DNA of 64,000 nucleotides from Escherichia coli (GTDB lineage Bacteria; Pseudomonadota; Gammaproteobacteria; Enterobacterales; Enterobacteriaceae): NCBI RefSeq assembly GCF_048403405.1, contig NZ_CP183129.1; one strand, 5' to 3'. Shown piece by piece: positions 58,827 to 64,000 of this stretch (position 1 is its first letter; each line of letters starts with the position of its first letter). The notes under the pieces were generated by a model. It saw only the letters and a program-made list of their open reading frames with translations, ran no database searches and was not told where the DNA came from. The position numbers and the translations under genes were made by a program.

Positions 58827-58892
58827 ATGTCAATAGCCGCTATTTCCATCCTGGTGGGTGGCGGCCTCCCTACGTTTAAAAATGGACTTATT

Positions 58893-59585
58893 ATGAAAAA
58901 GATTAATGCAATAATTCTATTATCCTCTCTGACCTCTGCCTCGGTATTTGCTGGCGCATACGTCGAAAACAGGGAGGCATATAATCTCGCCTCCGATCAG
59001 GGCGAAGTTATGCTACGCGTGGGTTATAACTTCGATATAGGCGCGGGTATTATGTTAACCAATACCTATACCTTTCAGCGAGAAGATGAACTCAAACATG
59101 GCTATAATGAAATTGAAGGCTGGTACCCGTTATTTAAACCAACCGATAAATTAACCATCCAGCCCGGTGGCTTAATTAATGATAAGAGTATCGGTTCGGG
59201 TGGTGCTGTTTATCTGGATGTTAACTACAAATTTACTCCGTGGTTTAACCTGACAGTGCGTAATCGCTATAACCATAATAACTATAGTTCAACAGATTTG
59301 AGCGGGGAACTGGATAATAATGACACCTATGAAATTGGCACCTACTGGAATTTTAAAATCACCGATAAATTTTCCTATACATTTGAGCCACATTATTTCA
59401 TACGCGTAAATGACTTTAATAGCAGCAATGGAAAAGATCATCACTGGGAAATCACTAATACCTTCCGTTATCGCATTAATGAACACTGGCTGCCTTATTT
59501 CGAATTACGTTGGTTAGATCGTAATGTCGAACCGTACCACCGCGAGCAAAACCAGATTCGTATCGGGACGAAGTATTTCTTCTGA
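58893..59585 (+). CDS. ompL: small outer-membrane porin OmpL
   Basis: MKKINAIILLSSLTSASVFA signal peptide and a beta-barrel ending ...RIGTKYFF. 230 aa from ATG 58893. Confidence 0.85.
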   Translation: MKKINAIILLSSLTSASVFAGAYVENREAYNLASDQGEVMLRVGYNFDIGAGIMLTNTYTFQREDELKHGYNEIEGWYPLFKPTDKLTIQPGGLINDKSIGSGGAVYLDVNYKFTPWFNLTVRNRYNHNNYSSTDLSGELDNNDTYEIGTYWNFKITDKFSYTFEPHYFIRVNDFNSSNGKDHHWEITNTFRYRINEHWLPYFELRWLDRNVEPYHREQNQIRIGTKYFF

Positions 59586-59589
59586 TGTG

Positions 59590-59670
<81 letters not shown>

Positions 59671-59675
59671 ACTAA

Positions 59676-60941
59676 TTAAGCTTCAGCCGCCAGCATCTCT
59701 TTCTTACGTTGGCTAATACGCTTAACCAGCATTACGGAAACCACCGCACCACAGAATGCGAAGCAGGCCATAATGCCAAACACGATTTTGTAGCCAATAA
59801 TCCCCGGATTTAAATCCAGAATGTAGCCATACAGACTGAAGCAGAACATCGCCGGGGCGTAACCAATAAAGCTACCCAACGCCATCGCCGCGCCTGTTTT
59901 ATTTTCAGCAATTTTTGCTTCGCCGATAGGTGCAAAAAATACGGCTCGCTGTGTAAAGACTATCGCGCCAAAGCCCAGCGTACATGCCATCCCTAGATAT
60001 ACCGGCATACTTTCGTGCGGCAGCATAATCAACAGTACGAGCGCAGCGGTACTGATGATAAAGGTGTAGCATAGATATTTACTCGGCGATTTCAGGATCT
60101 TATCTGAAATCATGCCACCAATCGGTCCACCAATCATTTTCAGACAGTATTGGTTAATGATGCCGTAAGCCCCCACCAGCGCAACGGGCAATAGATAGAT
60201 GTTTTTCAGGAATGGAATGAAGAATGTCAGGCCACAGTAAACCGCGTAAACGAAGAAGACGTTGAAAGCGATAAGCCAGATAGTTTTGTCTTTCAGCACC
60301 GAGGTCATACTGGTGTTTTTCGATGCTCCGTCTTCTTTTTTCACCTCAACGGACGGTGCCTCTTCTTTGTCATTCAGAACAAAGAAAATGATAATGCCTA
60401 CGACAATCACAATAAGGGAATAGAACCAGATGCCTGCTTTAAAACCCAATAAGCCACTGCCAAACCAGGTAAATACTGCCAACGCAGAAAATGCCACCAC
60501 AGTATCGACAATGCCACGCCCTGTTTCGAAGAAGCCAAACAACCGACCTTGTTGTTCGCTATTGCCCAATCGACTTACCGACTTGAGCAAGACCGGCCAG
60601 TTCATCATGTCGCAAGTAACGCCAAATAGCGCCCAGACAAAGAGGATGCCCCAATACCCCGGCATTGTCGTCAAATAAACACCCAGTAATCCTGTCGCAA
60701 TGAGTGAGAATGACATGGTGTATCTGCGCGGTAGTTTATCGGCAAAATAAATAGACAGAAAAAAGCCCACTGTCGTGACAAATGAGTTTACCGACATAGC
60801 ATTACCAATTTGACCATTGGTCAAATGGAAATATTCCTGCATCGGGATATAAAACGCATCTTTCAGCGACGGTAATTTATAAATTGTACCGCCACACAAT
60901 GTTAATAGACTAAATAACGCCCATTTCTTTTTCGTGAGCAT
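59676..60941 (-). CDS. yihN: MFS transporter YihN
   Basis: 421-aa, 12-TM ORF MLTKKKWALFSLLTLCGGTIYKLPSLKDAFY... Confidence 0.85.
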   Translation of the reverse strand: MLTKKKWALFSLLTLCGGTIYKLPSLKDAFYIPMQEYFHLTNGQIGNAMSVNSFVTTVGFFLSIYFADKLPRRYTMSFSLIATGLLGVYLTTMPGYWGILFVWALFGVTCDMMNWPVLLKSVSRLGNSEQQGRLFGFFETGRGIVDTVVAFSALAVFTWFGSGLLGFKAGIWFYSLIVIVVGIIIFFVLNDKEEAPSVEVKKEDGASKNTSMTSVLKDKTIWLIAFNVFFVYAVYCGLTFFIPFLKNIYLLPVALVGAYGIINQYCLKMIGGPIGGMISDKILKSPSKYLCYTFIISTAALVLLIMLPHESMPVYLGMACTLGFGAIVFTQRAVFFAPIGEAKIAENKTGAAMALGSFIGYAPAMFCFSLYGYILDLNPGIIGYKIVFGIMACFAFCGAVVSVMLVKRISQRKKEMLAAEA

Positions 60942-61042
60942 AACATCCCCTAAGCGATTTTTAAAATCACTGTTTTAAAGGCAATAAGATACCGACCATT
61001 CATATGGAATGGTTTTATTAACTGCGTATGAGTTAAAACTTA

Positions 61043-62023
61043 TTAGTGGTTCAGAAGATGGTTTGCCTCTTGTTTGATTTGTTGTAGTACGTTACGCACA
61101 TGATTTATCTGATTAATTGCATCTTCTTTTTCTTTACGTAACCGCGCATCCAGTAAATGATTTTCTGGCAATGGTGTTTCACTCATCTGGCGATAAGGGA
61201 TCCACGGATTATCATCTTCGTCTTCAAAGCGGAACGCCGGCGCATAGTAATCAACCTCTTCTTCCAGGCCATATGCCGTCACCTGCGGCTCATCATCACC
61301 CAGGCAGATAAGGTGCGTTAATAACGCTTTGAACGGCATATCACCCTGACCTGAAATACAGGCTTTATGACCCAGGCCACCCTCTTCTTTAACGATCAAG
61401 GCATCTTTGATATGGACCTGGGTAATATGCGGTGCCATCGTTTTTAAAGCGTCGATGGGATGCTCATTTGCATTGATCATGTTCGCAAAATCAAACAGTA
61501 AGGAAAGAGATTCCATCTTACTTTCTTTGACCAGCGACACCAGCTCATGGCTTTTTAAATCTTCATGCTGTTCGATCGTAAAAGTCAGGCCGCTGTCCTG
61601 ATACGTTTCCCGTACATAGGCAATGTCGTTAGCGATGATCGATAATACGTCGCGCAAATTACCTTCATAACGTGGATAAAAACGTACGGACGATGCCCCA
61701 GTTTTCAACGCAATGGCGACGGCTTCGTCAATAGATGCCTTATCTGAAGCGCTGGTTTCAATATGAATATCAAGGTTCAGACGGCGGGCTTTATCCCCAA
61801 AGGCAGAGAGTTCTTTATCGTCCATATTACCAAGAGAAAAACGCTCGCCATCCAGAACATGGATTTTGACGCCACGTAGATTATTTTCACTTGCGATATC
61901 AAGTAAATCAGCAGGCAACACTCTTTCCAGCCGCATATTTAAATGAAAGGCATAAGCATGTAAATAAAGAGGAAGAGTGTCGACACGTTGTAGAATCTTT
62001 CTTGCGTTATTTATTGTCACCAT
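61043..62023 (-). CDS. yihM: sugar-phosphate isomerase/epimerase (TIM-barrel xylose-isomerase-like) YihM
   Basis: 326-aa ORF MVTINNARKILQRVDTLPLYLHAYAFHLNMRLE... Confidence 0.85.
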   Translation of the reverse strand: MVTINNARKILQRVDTLPLYLHAYAFHLNMRLERVLPADLLDIASENNLRGVKIHVLDGERFSLGNMDDKELSAFGDKARRLNLDIHIETSASDKASIDEAVAIALKTGASSVRFYPRYEGNLRDVLSIIANDIAYVRETYQDSGLTFTIEQHEDLKSHELVSLVKESKMESLSLLFDFANMINANEHPIDALKTMAPHITQVHIKDALIVKEEGGLGHKACISGQGDMPFKALLTHLICLGDDEPQVTAYGLEEEVDYYAPAFRFEDEDDNPWIPYRQMSETPLPENHLLDARLRKEKEDAINQINHVRNVLQQIKQEANHLLNH

Positions 62024-62030
62024 AAAACAC

Positions 62031-62741
62031 CTACAGATTAATGATGAGGTCTACGGCCTCAAATCGCCAATATTCAATATCTATCTGGACAATATTGCCT
62101 TGCTGGTCGGCGCGATGCTTTTCAATTAAGATCGCTGGCATACCCGCAGAACCGCCAAGATACTTGCTGATATCGCCCGGCATTCTGACGGGTTTGAAAA
62201 TCAATTTTTTTACTACCGTCTCTTTTTGGTAGCACTTTTCCCAGACTGCAGAAAATGAGTGGTTTTCAAGTTGTTCAATAAAACCCGGAGCAACTTCAGG
62301 ATTAATATATGTTTCGTGATAGAAAACTTTATGTCCTTCCAGCGCCCCCCAGCCGGTGATGCGATAGAGTTCAGTTGATGGTGTCACTGCAATCAGTGGC
62401 GCGAGCGTCTCGGGAATATCGCTGGTACGGTTTTTCTCGGTAAACCCCCAGGAAGGCTCTCGTCCTTGCTCAATTGCGGCCCGCTGAAAGCTCGCTGACA
62501 GCTCCGGACTGTAATTAAATCGCGGCTGGGTCACGAACCACCCCTTACGATCCTTACGGAAGATTTTGGATTCTGCCTCGAGGTTCAACAACGCCTGGCG
62601 CAGCGTCATACGTTTAATGCCCAGCAGTTCTCCCAGCTCTCTTTCTGAAGGGAGTTTTCCACCCGGCGTGGTGATGCCATCTTTCAACCACCGATCCAGT
62701 TTCTCTTTTGCATTTTCTACGGTGGATTGATTCTCCGCCAT
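62031..62741 (-). CDS. yihL: GntR-family transcriptional regulator YihL
   Basis: 236-aa ORF with N-terminal wHTH (...SERELGELLGIKRMTLRQAL...) and a UTRA-like C-terminus. Confidence 0.85.
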   Translation of the reverse strand: MAENQSTVENAKEKLDRWLKDGITTPGGKLPSERELGELLGIKRMTLRQALLNLEAESKIFRKDRKGWFVTQPRFNYSPELSASFQRAAIEQGREPSWGFTEKNRTSDIPETLAPLIAVTPSTELYRITGWGALEGHKVFYHETYINPEVAPGFIEQLENHSFSAVWEKCYQKETVVKKLIFKPVRMPGDISKYLGGSAGMPAILIEKHRADQQGNIVQIDIEYWRFEAVDLIINL

Positions 62742-62907
62742 TGTTTAATCCTTTTGGTTTAAACCAGATGAAGCATCTTACGCTTACGCCAAAAAAGAAA
62801 GCAATTAACGGTGTATGACTTTGCAGATAATTGTGACAAAGCTCTCTATTGACGTAATCACAGACTTATAAGGGAGATACTCGCATTGGTGTGCGCTCAC
62901 GACAGGT

Positions 62908-62941
62908 AAAAAAAAACCTGCCAGCGATGGCAGGTTTTTTA
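62908..62941. terminator. bipA terminator hairpin cctgccatcgctggcagg flanked by A/T runs (bidirectional)
   Basis: aaaaaaaaacctgccagcgatggcaggttttttat: a 7-bp perfect stem with a T-run on either strand. Confidence 0.7.
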
Positions 62942-62957
62942 TGACTGAAAAGCGAAA

Positions 62958-64000
62958 TTAATCGTCTTTCGGTGCGCGGTTGGCACGGCGACGATCGTTT
63001 TCCGTCAGGTGACGTTTACGAATACGGATAGAGGTCGGAGTCACTTCTACCAGTTCGTCATCATCGATGAACTCCAGAGCTTGTTCCAGAGTCATGCGGA
63101 TAGGCGGAACCAGAACAACGGCTTCGTCAGTACCGGAAGCACGCATGTTGGTCAGTTTCTTACCGGTCAGGCAGTTTACAGTCAGGTCGTTAGAGCGGCT
63201 ATGAATACCGATAATCTGACCTTCGTAAACTTCTGCACCGTGACCGAGGAACAGCTTACCGCGATCCTGCAGACCGAACAACGCGAACGCTACCGCTTTA
63301 CCCTGACCGTTAGAGATCAGTACGCCGTTCTGACGCTGACCCACTTCACCCGGACGTACGTCGTCGTAGTGGCTGAAGGTGGAGTACAGCAGACCCGTAC
63401 CGGAAGTCATGGTCATGAACTCAGAACGGAAGCCAATCAGACCACGGCTTGGGATCACGTAGTCGAGACGTACGCGGCCTTTACCGTCTGGATTCATGTT
63501 TTTCAGGTCGCCTTTACGTTCGCCCAGCGCCTGCATCACAGAACCCTGATGCTGTTCTTCAACGTCCAGCGTCACGTTTTCATACGGCTCTTGTTTACGA
63601 CCGTCGATTTCACGGAAGATTACTTTCGGACGGGATACCGCCAGTTCGAAACCTTCACGACGCATGTTTTCGATCAGAACAGACAGGTGCAGTTCGCCAC
63701 GACCAGAAACGCGGAACGCATCGGCGTCTTCGGTTTCTTCTACGCGCAGCGCAACGTTGTGTACCAGTTCTTTGTTCAGACGATCCAGGATCTGACGAGA
63801 CGTTACGAACTTACCTTCTTTACCGCAGAACGGCGAGGTGTTAACGCAGAAGAACATAGAAACGGTCGGCTCATCAACGGAGAGTGCCGGCAGCGCTTCA
63901 ACGTTTTGCGTGTCGCAAACGGTGTCAGAAATGTTCAGTTCGCCCAGGCCCGTGATCGCCACGATATCGCCAGCTTCCGCCAGATCGGTTTCGATACGTT
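62958..64000 (-). CDS. bipA: ribosome-associated translational GTPase BipA/TypA, C-terminal part (the gene continues beyond the window)
   Basis: Frame open to the window edge. C-terminus ...[24 protein letters not shown]/LepA-like domains. Confidence 0.9.
   Translation of the reverse strand, partial: RIETDLAEAGDIVAITGLGELNISDTVCDTQNVEALPALSVDEPTVSMFFCVNTSPFCGKEGKFVTSRQILDRLNKELVHNVALRVEETEDADAFRVSGRGELHLSVLIENMRREGFELAVSRPKVIFREIDGRKQEPYENVTLDVEEQHQGSVMQALGERKGDLKNMNPDGKGRVRLDYVIPSRGLIGFRSEFMTMTSGTGLLYSTFSHYDDVRPGEVGQRQNGVLISNGQGKAVAFALFGLQDRGKLFLGHGAEVYEGQIIGIHSRSNDLTVNCLTGKKLTNMRASGTDEAVVLVPPIRMTLEQALEFIDDDELVEVTPTSIRIRKRHLTENDRRRANRAPKDD

Overview
This window is Escherichia coli chromosome from the menA–glpFK–tpiA–pfkA–cpxRA–sodA–rha–frv–fdo–yih region, at about 87–88 min on the K-12 map. 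Gene content and order, recognised from the translated ORFs, are: menA (3' end), rraA, zapB, glpF, glpK, glpX, fpr, uspD, yiiS, yiiR, yiiQ, tpiA, cdh, sbp, pfkA, fieF, cpxP, cpxR, cpxA, yiiM, kdgT, sodA, rhaT, rhaR, rhaS, rhaB, rhaA, rhaD, rhaM, frvA, frvB, frvX, frvR, yiiG, fdhD, fdoG, fdoH, fdoI, fdhE, a small RHH gene (yiiE-like), yiiD, dtd, rbn, yihX, yihW (csqR), yihV, yihU, yihT, yihS, yihR, yihQ, yihP, yihO, ompL, yihN, yihM, yihL and bipA (3' end). The yihW–yihO block is the sulfoquinovose sulfoglycolysis cluster. Against this conserved backbone I see five strain-specific departures, judged against the K-12 layout as I recall it.

1. An IS200-family element carrying a Y1/HuH transposase gene sits between kdgT and sodA.
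2. A roughly 1.6 kb insertion carries a 464-aa OprB/ScrY-like carbohydrate porin between rhaM and frvA.
3. A low-GC islet of about 2.9 kb lies between the yiiE-like gene and yiiD. It carries a 604-aa ORF with an N-terminus typical of secreted effectors and the CKSxKDRT form of the CX5R phosphatase motif found in the SopB/IpgD inositol-phosphatase type III effectors. No cognate chaperone or secretion apparatus is in the window. This is the most interesting element.
4. A single-base loss in a G-run shifts the frame of kdgT near its 5' end.
5. yiiG is much shorter here than the length I recall for K-12, and lacks a signal peptide.

Four further features are recognisable from the sequence: the selenocysteine TGA in fdoG, a CpxR box between cpxP and cpxR, the Fur box of sodA and a KdgR-like operator upstream of kdgT. 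Several REP/BIME clusters, a large imperfect palindrome between cpxA and yiiM, and multiple rho-independent terminators are also visible. There is no CRISPR array, rRNA or tRNA.
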